A stretch of DNA of 64,000 nt. Source: an uncultured Verrucomicrobiae bacterium (GTDB taxonomy: Bacteria > Verrucomicrobiota > Verrucomicrobiia > Limisphaerales > Palsa-1400). The notes under the pieces are model-generated. The model saw nothing but the letters and a program-made list of their open reading frames with translations. It ran no database searches and was not told the origin of the DNA. The number at the start of each line of letters is the position of its first letter. Positions within the stretch are counted from its first letter, which is position 1. The stretch lies in assembly GCA_963702845.1 (NCBI GenBank), contig OY969763.1, positions 4,512,001 through 4,576,000 on the forward strand, read 5' to 3'. This document shows positions 9,954 to 18,942 of the stretch, piece after piece. The position numbers and the translations under genes were made by a program.

Positions 9954-10931
9954 TTAACGATGGCCGCCACCGCCGCCGTGTCCACCGCCGCCGCCGTGAA
10001 AGGCCATTCCGCCGTGACCTGCGCTATGGGCACCACTGACCGCGCCGTGCGTCGCCATCGAGCCGTCAAAGGATTGATGCGGCATCGAGCTTACGTGACC
10101 GGTGAAGTGATTGTTGAAGCCGTTGTGATGTACGAAGTTGTTTCGATGGTTATTGAAACCATGACGGTGCCCATTGAAGCCGAAGGTATCGAAGCCAAAG
10201 CCAAACGGGACGCCCCATCCCCAGCCCCAAGGAGCATTGTAGTAATCAACGTAGTCGCCGTCGTCGGTGTAGCCTCCGTAATACGGGTTGCCGTCGGCGT
10301 CGTAGTTGTTGGGCATGGACGATGGTTCGGCAGGCATCGCTGAGGAGTCGGAGCTATAGCCTTCGTCGGGATAGGAGTAGTAATATGGATAGCCACTTTC
10401 GCTGTAGCCTTGGGGCTGCGGGTCCGTCGAGGTCAAGTCAGAGTAAGTCGGCGTTTGCCTTGGTGCGGCTGCGCCAGCTTCTTCTGTTTGGATTTCTGCT
10501 TGCTCGGCAGCGACACGATCGCGAGCGGTGCGGTCGCGCATGAGCATTGCGTGGATGGTGTCCTGCGGCAGGCCGAGTTTGCTCAGGTAAAGAATATCGT
10601 CGGCACTGATGCTGTAGAGGTCATCGGAGGCTTGGACGTAGTCGGTCAGCAGTTTTGGGCTGGTGCCGGATTGGAACAGTTTGATGACCTGCTTTGTCGC
10701 GCTGGTTAGATCAGTCGGCGCACCCGCGCCCGGCGGCAGAGGTGGGGCCACTGCAACGCTGGGATTATTGGGCACCTGTGGAACATCCACAGCGCTCGTT
10801 GGGTCCGGTGGTTGGCTGGTGTTCGAGGCGCTGGGCGGTTCGGCGCGCAGTGCGAGTGGGAATTCCAATGTCAATGCGACGAGCAGGGCTGAGGTCCCGC
10901 TCACCATCCTGGATGGTAGCGAGGTTTTCAT
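9954..10931 (-). CDS. Paralog of 8398..9834
   Basis: VIKLFQSG...ISADDILYLSKLGLPQDTIHAML; WGWGWGVPFGFGF; ends GGGHGGGGGHR. Confidence 0.8.
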   Translation of the reverse strand: MKTSLPSRMVSGTSALLVALTLEFPLALRAEPPSASNTSQPPDPTSAVDVPQVPNNPSVAVAPPLPPGAGAPTDLTSATKQVIKLFQSGTSPKLLTDYVQASDDLYSISADDILYLSKLGLPQDTIHAMLMRDRTARDRVAAEQAEIQTEEAGAAAPRQTPTYSDLTSTDPQPQGYSESGYPYYYSYPDEGYSSDSSAMPAEPSSMPNNYDADGNPYYGGYTDDGDYVDYYNAPWGWGWGVPFGFGFDTFGFNGHRHGFNNHRNNFVHHNGFNNHFTGHVSSMPHQSFDGSMATHGAVSGAHSAGHGGMAFHGGGGGHGGGGGHR

Positions 10932-11238
10932 GATTAAACCTAAGGCCATTTGGCAATGGCGCTAGGTGCAATCGTATGCTGATTTTGACGTGAGTCGCAT
11001 GGCGAAGGATGTGCTTGATGAAAGTGGGACTCCCACCCTTCCAGGGGGTTTTGACCGAAGGCCCGACCCCGCAATTATCGTGAGCTTAACTAAGTGCCAT
11101 TCGGGTCGGTTCTTAGTATTGACAACATTTAGTCATTACAAAAAATTTGAAAGGGCCTGCTGGGTCAAAGAGCTCGGCCGAGCATTCGCAAACGATATTT
11201 TTTGTCGCTTAGCTGGGGAACTGTTTTATTCTCGCGCC

Positions 11239-12081
11239 GTGAAACTTCCCGTTTTGCGATTTATCCTGGTGTTCCTGTTTTTGGGCCTGATTTCGGTTTG
11301 CCCCGGCGCGGATGCACCGGCATGGAGGGAGCGCCCATGGAAGCTTGTTTGGCACGATGAATTTGATGGCCACAAGCTGGATAGCGGCAAATGGAATGTC
11401 CTCATTCGCGAGCAAAGCAAGCACACCGAGCTTCAGTATTATCTGCCCGACGAAGTTTATGTGGAGAAAGGCTGTCTGCATCTACGGAGCGAGCAGCGGG
11501 ATTTTGGTTCACAGCATTTCACGAGTGGGCGAATAGACACGAGCGGAAAATTCGCGCCGGTCTATGGCCGGTTTGAGATCCGCGGGAAGCTGCCCGGGGG
11601 AAAAGGATTGTGGCCGGCGTATTGGCTCTATCCGCAGAATCGCGATTGGGCGATGGAGCGTCTCATGGCGCAAGCGATAACCAACGGCCTGGAGAGATTG
11701 ATCCCCGAGGCGCGCCCTTGGTATTCGGAAATTGATATCATGGAATATCTCGGGGACCGAACCAACATCGTTTATGGAACACTGAACTACTACACATTTG
11801 ACGGCGTGAAGAAAGCGAGCGCGGGGAAATTCAAAGCGGGTATTGATCTGTCAAAGGATTTTCACATCTATGCGCTGGAATGGGAACCGGACCAAATCCG
11901 GTGGTATGTCGATGGCAAATTGTATCACTCCACCACCAATGGGATACCGCACGCGCCGCGTTATTTGATTCTGAACACGGCAGTAGGTGGGAAGTGGCCG
12001 GGCAATCCCGATGCAACAACGACTTTCCCGCAATTTCACGATATTGATTACGTTCGAGTTTACCAACGAAAGACGTTTTGA
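11239..12081 (+). CDS. Glycoside hydrolase family 16 (laminarinase-like), secreted
   Basis: WKLVWHDEFDG, GLWPAYW, catalytic EIDIME, DYVRVYQ; signal peptide from GTG 11239. Confidence 0.9.
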   Translation: MKLPVLRFILVFLFLGLISVCPGADAPAWRERPWKLVWHDEFDGHKLDSGKWNVLIREQSKHTELQYYLPDEVYVEKGCLHLRSEQRDFGSQHFTSGRIDTSGKFAPVYGRFEIRGKLPGGKGLWPAYWLYPQNRDWAMERLMAQAITNGLERLIPEARPWYSEIDIMEYLGDRTNIVYGTLNYYTFDGVKKASAGKFKAGIDLSKDFHIYALEWEPDQIRWYVDGKLYHSTTNGIPHAPRYLILNTAVGGKWPGNPDATTTFPQFHDIDYVRVYQRKTF

Positions 12082-12250
12082 CTGTCGTGCACGTGTCAGT
12101 CCCAACTGGCCAAGTGACAAGTGATGGGGCTGACATATGCACCGCAGAAATTCCCGCCTTTGCCAGCATTTCCATTATAGGACGAACACATTTGTTCGCC
12201 CATCCCAATATCCGGTTTTAAACTGTCAACTAAGCGCTACGTTGCGCCGT

Positions 12251-12418
12251 ATGAAGACATTATTCTTAGTTCTATGGGCGGCAGCTTTAATGGGTTGCTG
12301 CCATACGAATCCCTGCGGAAGAACCGCTTGCCAACCAGTGCGCCGTTGCCCGACGGCAAGTTGTTGTCACCAGCAGCCGTGCAGCGTGGACGGTTTTAGT
12401 GCCTGTATATATAAATGA
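12251..12418 (+). CDS. Small Cys-rich putative lipopeptide 1 (55 aa, 9 Cys)
   Basis: MKTLFLVLWAAALMG-CCHTNPCGRTACQPVRRCPTASCCHQQPCSVDGFSACIYK; paralogy with 12701. Confidence 0.7.
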   Translation: MKTLFLVLWAAALMGCCHTNPCGRTACQPVRRCPTASCCHQQPCSVDGFSACIYK

Positions 12419-12700
12419 ATCGGGGCAGGCGCTGTAGCAAAGAAACAGCCCGGCTTCGCAATTTTAACGAACAACCTTAATAGGTGCCGCGGCTCTGGCC
12501 CTGTGCAATCGCCAGAAACGTTGGTTATCCACGCCACGAAGAGGCACAAAAACTCGAGATGTTGGCGCGAGTTTCAGTTCTAGCGCCCCCAGCCTACAAA
12601 AAGCAAAATCCTGTCATTCTTTCCCCTAAGCGCGAACACTTTTGTTGCCTATGCTGCTATCGGGTTTCGCAACCGGCAAAGAGCGCTAGGTTGCGGGCTT

Positions 12701-12925
12701 ATGAAAACATTATTGTTAACCTTGGGCGCGGCGGCCTTGATGGGCTGCTGCGGTAGTCGACACAGTTGCGGGACGACTGCTTCCGTAAGTCCTTGCTCGT
12801 CTACTGCAATGGAACCTGCAGGCGCTAGCACGCAACCTGTGAGCGTCAGCACGATTACCTGGCAAGCCGTGCCTCCTTGCTCGACTAGCGGGAATGCGTT
12901 GCCTTGTTATACTCCGGCTAAATGA
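12701..12925 (+). CDS. Small Cys-rich putative lipopeptide 2 (74 aa, 6 Cys)
   Basis: MKTLLLTLGAAALMG-CCGSRHSC...; same leader and upstream region as 12251. Confidence 0.72.
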   Translation: MKTLLLTLGAAALMGCCGSRHSCGTTASVSPCSSTAMEPAGASTQPVSVSTITWQAVPPCSTSGNALPCYTPAK

Positions 12926-12993
12926 AGCAGCAGGCGCGTCGACGACGAAATGGAAATCTGACTCTTCGTGCTAAACAGCCTTTAGCGTAAGAA

Positions 12994-13115
12994 ACGTATT
13001 CTTAACATTGGCGCGTGGTCGCCCGTTCGTACACGACGAGGCCAAAGGGCACGTCAACGGAGATCGCCAAGCGACCCCCCTCCTACGCGGGGTGGCCGCG
13101 TGCTAATGCGTATGT
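12994..13115 (+). ncRNA. Candidate structured RNA, family unrecognised
   Basis: 13006-13024 pairs 19/19 with 13090-13108 using five G-U pairs, enclosing two hairpins. Confidence 0.4.
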
Positions 13116-13286
13116 CAAGTGTCATTCATTAGGGCGCTTGTCAACAGAGACAAAACGTTGCTGTCCTCAATGTTCAAATTGAGTTCTCTTTCGCTGCGAT
13201 TTTTACAAGTTGCGCGGCGATAGGTGGCTTCGTGGTCGCCCATGACGTAGCCTTTGGCTGGGCGTAAACGAGTTGGGCGGCCGAGT

Positions 13287-13436
13287 TTAGGCGACGGCGA
13301 CGGCGGCGAGCTTTTTGTAATGCGCCCGCAGTCTGGGGATCACGTAAAACTGGGCGACGCCGACGACGAGGACTCCAACACCGATGTGCTGCATAGACGC
13401 CGTGCAGGCGACTACAACTCCTTCCAATGCTTTCAC
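13287..13436 (-). CDS. Small hydrophobic protein (49 aa)
   Basis: Below the ORF-track cutoff: MKALEGVVVACTASMQHIGVGVLVVGVAQFYVIPRLRAHYKKLAAVAVA; genome-typical gtc/gcc codons. Confidence 0.45.
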   Translation of the reverse strand: MKALEGVVVACTASMQHIGVGVLVVGVAQFYVIPRLRAHYKKLAAVAVA

Positions 13437-13628
13437 TCTTTTATCGCGGACGTCCAAGAGAGCGCGAAAACAAAATGATTATTGAGTCTTTTTTCCCGGC
13501 GTTCAAAAGCCAACTTCGGCCGCGCAATCCTGCTATTTTCATTCTGTCCCTCCGGGCGTTTGGTTTGAGCATCGAGAGCGCGCGAAAGTAAAAGGCATGT
13601 TGGTCACGTCAGCACTGACGGGCACTGA

Positions 13629-13656
13629 CGGCGCGCGCGGAGCGACGCGCCCCTAC
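13629..13656 (-). repeat. GTAG-family REP (same family as the RAYT-flanking REPs)
   Basis: cggcgcgcgcggagcgacgcgcccctac matches 50700-50727 and 51324-51352. Confidence 0.8.
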
Positions 13657-13920
13657 TTAGGGGCCTGGGTTTTGCCGGCTCGGGATGTTTCCAGTCAGAG
13701 CGGTAGGGACGGCGGAGGAGGCGGGTGAAAGAAGGCGACGGTTGAGTGTTGAGCGGCAGGGTTCCGTTTCATCCGATATTCATCGAATTTTTCCGTATTA
13801 ATTTATTTATATACATATTTGCCGCTCGTTTGCTAAGGTGTCGCCACTTCCAAAACCCATGGGATCAGAGATGTCGTGTCATCTCCGATAAACTTAAACT
13901 TAAACGTAGAAAGTTAGCCC

Positions 13921-15453
13921 ATGAAACATCCGTCCAAACTCTGCAGCATTGCCTGTCAGAAAATAAAAAGAACCCACATCCGATCGATGACGGCCATTGT
14001 CGCATTGATCTGTTGCACCACACACGCCGGCGCCCGTCCACTTGGCGTTGACGTCTCGTCCTTTCAAGGCTCGGTCACGTGGTCGAGTGTGAAAGCCGCT
14101 GGCGTCACTTACGCGTGGGCGAAAGCCACTGAAGGTGTCACGCTCAATGACTCGACTTTCGCCGGCAACCAAAACAACGGCAAGGCGGCCGGTCTTTACA
14201 TGGGCGCGTATCATTTTGCGCGGCCCGGAAACAACAGTCCCGGCTCGGAGTCCAGTCACTTCTGGAGCATCGCCAATCCTTACATCCTCGCCGATGGCAA
14301 AACCTTTATGCCGGTGCTTGATTTCGAGGATTTCTCCGGCCATGTCAGCGCGACGTCGTTTTCCGATTGGGCCAATCAATGGTGCAACACGATCAAGAAC
14401 AACGCGACCGGCACGGGGCTTTCGGTCACGCCTGTGTTTTACACGAGCTCTTGCTCCGCGTGTAATTTCACGACTTCGATCGCATCCTGGACTCCGTGGC
14501 TGGCAAATTACAACGGGCTGGATTCGCAAACGGGCAATCCCTGGAACATTTGCACGGGCTGCGAAGTCTGGGGCGCGGGCGTTTGGAATGTCTGGCAATA
14601 CACCTCGAGCGGTTCTGTTTCCGGCATTTCCGGCAATGTCGATCGCGATGTTTATAACGGCAGCACCATCTCTGCGGCGACGGCGAAACTTCTCGTAAAA
14701 AGCACATTCGGGGGCACCAGTGTTGGTTATTATAATCCCGCGGATGGCACGTATCATCTGCGCAACTCGCTGAGTTTTGGCCCGTCAGATTACGCGTGGA
14801 TTGCCTACACCCCGCCGCCGTCTGGAATTATTCCTGTGACCGGCGATTGGGATGGTAACCATCAGACCAGCACTGGTTATTACAACCCGGCCGACGGCTC
14901 ATACCATTTGAAAGACGCGCTGGATTCCGGATCATCAGACTACGCCTGGGTCGCTTACAGCCCGCCGACCGCCGGAATCATTCCGGTGACTGGCGATTGG
15001 GACGGCGACGGCAAGACCGGCGTCGGCTACTACAATCCTGCTGACGGCAGTTTTCATTTGAAAAACACGCTCGGCGTCGGCCCTTCCGATTACGCGTTCG
15101 TGTTCGGCCCGCCTAATATGGTTCCGCTGACCGGCGACTGGGATGGCAATGGCGCATGGGGCATCGGCTATTACAATCCGGCCGACGGCACTGTGCACTT
15201 GCGCGATGCGTTGAGCGCCGGGCCTTCTGATTACATCTTCACGTTTATTTCCACGCCGAATTCGTCCTACAAAATTATTACGGGCGATTGGAATGCGGAT
15301 CACAGGACGAGCATCGGCTATTACAACCCGGGCGACGGCAGTTATCATTTGCGCAACTCGCTGAGCGCCGGGCCTTCTGATTACGCCTGGGTTGCTTACA
15401 ATCCGCCCACGGCAGGCATCATTCCTGTAACTGGCGACTGGGACGCACAATAA
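13921..15453 (+). CDS. GH25 muramidase (lysozyme) with five C-terminal GDWDG repeats
   Basis: GVDVSSFQG, AKATEG, GAYHFA, LDFE, WQYTSSG, VDRD; five ~50-aa repeats GYYNPADGxxHL...TGDWDG. Confidence 0.88.
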   Translation: MKHPSKLCSIACQKIKRTHIRSMTAIVALICCTTHAGARPLGVDVSSFQGSVTWSSVKAAGVTYAWAKATEGVTLNDSTFAGNQNNGKAAGLYMGAYHFARPGNNSPGSESSHFWSIANPYILADGKTFMPVLDFEDFSGHVSATSFSDWANQWCNTIKNNATGTGLSVTPVFYTSSCSACNFTTSIASWTPWLANYNGLDSQTGNPWNICTGCEVWGAGVWNVWQYTSSGSVSGISGNVDRDVYNGSTISAATAKLLVKSTFGGTSVGYYNPADGTYHLRNSLSFGPSDYAWIAYTPPPSGIIPVTGDWDGNHQTSTGYYNPADGSYHLKDALDSGSSDYAWVAYSPPTAGIIPVTGDWDGDGKTGVGYYNPADGSFHLKNTLGVGPSDYAFVFGPPNMVPLTGDWDGNGAWGIGYYNPADGTVHLRDALSAGPSDYIFTFISTPNSSYKIITGDWNADHRTSIGYYNPGDGSYHLRNSLSAGPSDYAWVAYNPPTAGIIPVTGDWDAQ

Positions 15454-15595
15454 AATTCGCGGCCATCGCGCTCACAAATTAGCGCCACAAAAAAATCGCG
15501 GGAATGCTGCTGCACGACCGCCTCTCAGTTTTTCCTAGATAAAAATCAGAGAGACCACCGATTGTCGGCGCAACGATTTCATCGGTTTGTACTTT

Positions 15596-15844
15596 ATGAA
15601 AAGTCATATCATGATTGGGTTGATGGCAACCGGGTTAATAGCCGGTTGTTCCACGTCAAAAGTACAGTATAGCGACCTGCCTGCCCCGGTGCAGAATACC
15701 CTTCGAAACCAGTGTCACAATGCGCAGATCGCCAAAATCGAGAAAGAAAAGCATCACGGCTGTCCCGTTTATGAAGTTGAATTCTGTGCACCGGGAAAGA
15801 ATCCCAAAGTGCACATCAATCCGGATGGAACGATTGTAGACTGA
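15596..15844 (+). CDS. PepSY-like domain lipoprotein
   Basis: Lipobox IAGC; DLPAPVQNTL...IEKE...YEVEF...INPDG. Confidence 0.75.
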   Translation: MKSHIMIGLMATGLIAGCSTSKVQYSDLPAPVQNTLRNQCHNAQIAKIEKEKHHGCPVYEVEFCAPGKNPKVHINPDGTIVD

Positions 15845-16168
15845 TAACGTAGAAAATAAATTTCACTTGTAGCGGTGGCCGAAGAAACGCTCCGAAGCAC
15901 GAGCGAATCATTTCTCACGCGTCTGCAGCAGTGAGGTGTGATGGGCCACCGCCTGTAAGACCTCGTTCTCCGAGGCCGACCCTAGTCAACAATCAGGACT
16001 TGGCCGGCGCAACATCGGTCATCGCTAAGTCCATGGTCAAACGAAACAAAATCCGGTCTCAAACGAGGAAAACTCGAAAAGAAGAATTACGAACATTTGC
16101 GCAAAGATTTGACGCCACACGATTAGGGACTTTAAGGTCAGTCCATCCATGGTACAAAGAAGTAAGCG

Positions 16169-17920
16169 ATGATTTCGAAACGCACTCGTATAGGCCTGTT
16201 CGGCATTCTTACACTTCTCTGCATTTCAGTTACCGGTGTAGCTGGGGGCCACAAGCCGTTTTATACATTCGCATTGACGCAAAGCGGAACACAAGAGGCG
16301 TATGACGAAGCAATGGCGGTGGCTTCGTTGCAAGGGATCATCAATCGTGCGGGGCCGGAATTATATGTGCTCTCGCGCACCAACGCGCGACCGCTGTATT
16401 GGCTGGACCTGCTCAGCAAAGACGGACGATGGCTTCAGGGACGGAAGCAGAAGCCGGTGCTGGACCTCAATGCGTTGGTGAAGCTCGCCGGGAAACGGGT
16501 CAAAGGTGCGGTCATTTGGGATCCTATGGTGCCGGCCAGCATTAACGTAGCAACTACCTTCGCCGGCGTTCGCGATGCGGTCGTGCTTAGTCCGGAATTT
16601 GCCAGGCGTTATCTTCCGAAGTGGCGAGTGCCGGTTCTTGCGGACCTTCGCGGGAAGTTCACCGGTGCCGAGACGGGCAGTAAAAAGAATGATGCGTATC
16701 GTTGGGCGATTCGGGAATTTCTCGCACACGGTTTATGCAATTCGCATCGGCTCTGTCTTTTTGAAGATGCCTTCGCCACCCGCGCGCGTGGTGACACGAG
16801 TTATGTTGTGACGCGGGATTGGGCGATGAAAAGCCGCGCGTTCGTGTTTGATCTTTCTCCCTGGGGCGATGAAAAACCGGGCGATGATCCGAGCCAGCGG
16901 CTCGGTTTGGATCTGGAAACTTACAAGCTGATTCTCGCCGAGACGCTCAAGCAAGCCGGCGGGAAACACATGACCGAGTTGACTGGTTTCTTCGCTTTCT
17001 CCAAATACTCCGCCACGCCCGATCATAAAAGCATCCATGATGGCGTGCCCACGGAATGGGAATCGGTCTGGCTGATGTCGCCGTTCAACTGCTACCAGAA
17101 CACCATCTCCAGCGATTGCTTCAACCAATCGTTGCACAGCCAGGCACCGCGCGCTTCGCTCAAACAGAAATCTGTGGCCCAGCCGACGCTCGAACGCAAG
17201 GCTTACATTTGCGTCTTCATGGGTGATTACGACTCGGCCACGCCGCTCTACGATTTTTTGCCCAAGCACTGGAGTGACTCAGCTCGCGGCAAAGTCCCGC
17301 TCGCCTGGGGAATCAATCCTAATTTGCTCGAAACATATCCGGATCTCATCGCTTACTTTTACGAAACCGCGTCGCCGGCTGATACGTTTACGTCGGATGC
17401 CAGCGCGGCGGGCTACATCAATCCAAACCGCATCGAAAAAGCCTATCTGCCGCTGTTCGTGCGACACAACCAACAGTTCTTCCGGGAAGCGGACATGACC
17501 ATCGCGCCGATGGTGTTGGATCGAGATGAGCCCACTGCGGATGTGAAAGATGCGTTTCAACAATTCGCTCCCGACGGCTATGCCACAATCGTCGCCGACG
17601 TGCTCGGGCGCCCCGGCAACTTTCCGAAGCCACAAGTCTGGAAACGCATGCCAATCCTCGAACTGATCAATGACGCGTGCAATTCCAAGCAGAGCGGCGA
17701 GATTGCCGGCGTCATGGCAAATGGGATCCACGCGCGCGGCAATGTTCTTCCAGGGTTCTACCTGTTCCGTACGGATTGGGTTAGCCCTGGCACTATCGCC
17801 GATGCAGTTGCGCTTTTGGGCAGGCAACATCCCGACCTAAATTGCGAAGTGGTTGGCCCGCGCACGTTTTTCGCGTTGTTCAAAAAATCTTTGGAACAGC
17901 CGGGCAACAATGCCCAATGA
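16169..17920 (+). CDS. GxGYxYP-type putative glycoside hydrolase/deacetylase-fold secreted protein
   Basis: SLQGIINR N-terminal motif, MGDYDS, RGKVPLAWGINP, SAAGYINP. Confidence 0.7.
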   Translation: MISKRTRIGLFGILTLLCISVTGVAGGHKPFYTFALTQSGTQEAYDEAMAVASLQGIINRAGPELYVLSRTNARPLYWLDLLSKDGRWLQGRKQKPVLDLNALVKLAGKRVKGAVIWDPMVPASINVATTFAGVRDAVVLSPEFARRYLPKWRVPVLADLRGKFTGAETGSKKNDAYRWAIREFLAHGLCNSHRLCLFEDAFATRARGDTSYVVTRDWAMKSRAFVFDLSPWGDEKPGDDPSQRLGLDLETYKLILAETLKQAGGKHMTELTGFFAFSKYSATPDHKSIHDGVPTEWESVWLMSPFNCYQNTISSDCFNQSLHSQAPRASLKQKSVAQPTLERKAYICVFMGDYDSATPLYDFLPKHWSDSARGKVPLAWGINPNLLETYPDLIAYFYETASPADTFTSDASAAGYINPNRIEKAYLPLFVRHNQQFFREADMTIAPMVLDRDEPTADVKDAFQQFAPDGYATIVADVLGRPGNFPKPQVWKRMPILELINDACNSKQSGEIAGVMANGIHARGNVLPGFYLFRTDWVSPGTIADAVALLGRQHPDLNCEVVGPRTFFALFKKSLEQPGNNAQ

Positions 17921-18042
17921 ACGAGATCATCCGGCGCGCACTGGTGTTTGGAACTGATTGCAGCAACATTACCGCCCTTTTATTGCACTCCCATACACTC
18001 CATCAGCAATCGTGTAGTCGACCTTGCGCCAAAATAACCGAC

Positions 18043-18435
18043 CTATCCTACCCAGTGCTCAAGCTCACCGCGCACCGTCTCTCCGAACGCTTTGTCCAAC
18101 ACTTTTTGCTTCGAGTAACATACTGCCCCGCGCGCGGCGCAGCGGTCGACCAACTCCGGATCATCACAGGAATTCAAGACGAGCACTGGCAGTTGTTTGC
18201 TCGTTCGCAACAGAAACTCCAAAGTGCTTTCAGAGGAACTGTCTGGCAAGTTCAAGTCTGCAAGGACGACGTCAAAATGCTGCGAGTCGGACAACGCATC
18301 GCGCGCTTCACGCAGTGTTTCAACCAGTGAAACGTCAAAACCGTTCTTGTCCCGCCCAAGGCCAGCGCGAATCAGAAATGCGTCAGATTCGTTATCCTCA
18401 ACGAGTAACACGCGGATTCGATCATTAGAGTTCAT
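18043..18435 (-). CDS. Single-domain response regulator receiver
   Basis: VLLVEDNESD, LADLNLPD. Confidence 0.8.
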   Translation of the reverse strand: MNSNDRIRVLLVEDNESDAFLIRAGLGRDKNGFDVSLVETLREARDALSDSQHFDVVLADLNLPDSSSESTLEFLLRTSKQLPVLVLNSCDDPELVDRCAARGAVCYSKQKVLDKAFGETVRGELEHWVG

Positions 18436-18778
18436 AGGGTGGTAAAATTACTGTTTTAAGCCAAAAGCTTTCCAAGCGTTCAAACATCTCTTTGAATTCA
18501 GCGAACGTCGCGGGCTTCACCAGATAACAGTTCGCGTGCAAATCATAAGCCGTTCGCAAATCCTGATCGGCGCTGGAGGAGGCCAGCACGACAACCGGAA
18601 TGCACCGCCAGCGATTGTCAGCCTTGATTTTCGCCAGCACTTCGCGCCCGTCTTTCCTCGGCATATTCAAATCCAACAAAATCAAATGCGGTCGCGGCAC
18701 CTGCGTGTAATTGCCTTGTCGCCGCAGGAACGACATTGCCTCCACGTCATCCGTCACCACCGATAAATTCAACCCCAA
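18425..18778 (-). pseudogene. Rcp1-like receiver domain lacking its N-terminal acidic pocket
   Basis: LILLDLNMPRKDGREVL, ANCYLVKP and FW present; the LLVEDN beta1 strand is absent upstream. Confidence 0.6.
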
Positions 18779-18942
18779 AGATGCTCAAACGTTTGTAGGG
18801 GCGGTGATCTCATGATTAGGGTCCCTAACGACTACCGTACGACCGAAATGTCACTTCGCAACGGACTTCGCAACGGGCTAAACGTGCGGATCACCGGCGT
18901 GCAGCAGTCTTTCCTTTTTTTGCAAATTTCTTTGCAGGTCTC

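Noticed and set aside
10966..10981. Sigma54 promoter for the Gly-rich genes (minus strand AGCATACGATTGCA)
   Set aside because: The invariant -24 GG is AG; insufficient support
11024..11036. Palindrome GTGGGA-C-TCCCAC as a regulator site
   Set aside because: A single short palindrome with no exact second copy; cannot be assigned
12183..12198. LexA/SOS box
   Set aside because: The spacing is GAAC-N6-GTTC, not N4, and the orientation does not fit TGTTC-N4-GAACA as I recall it for Verrucomicrobia
12251..12925. RiPP biosynthetic cluster
   Set aside because: No radical SAM, YcaO, LanM, peptidase or transporter genes nearby; the leaders look like Sec/lipoprotein signals
13001..13115. attC interpretation of the long hairpin
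   Set aside because: CTTAAC is present at the 5' end, but there is no GTTRRRY partner or L-box geometry
14700..15453. Diversity-generating retroelement TR/VR pair among the GH25 repeats or the 3.7-6.5 kb duplication
   Set aside because: No reverse transcriptase in the window, and the differences are not adenine-specific
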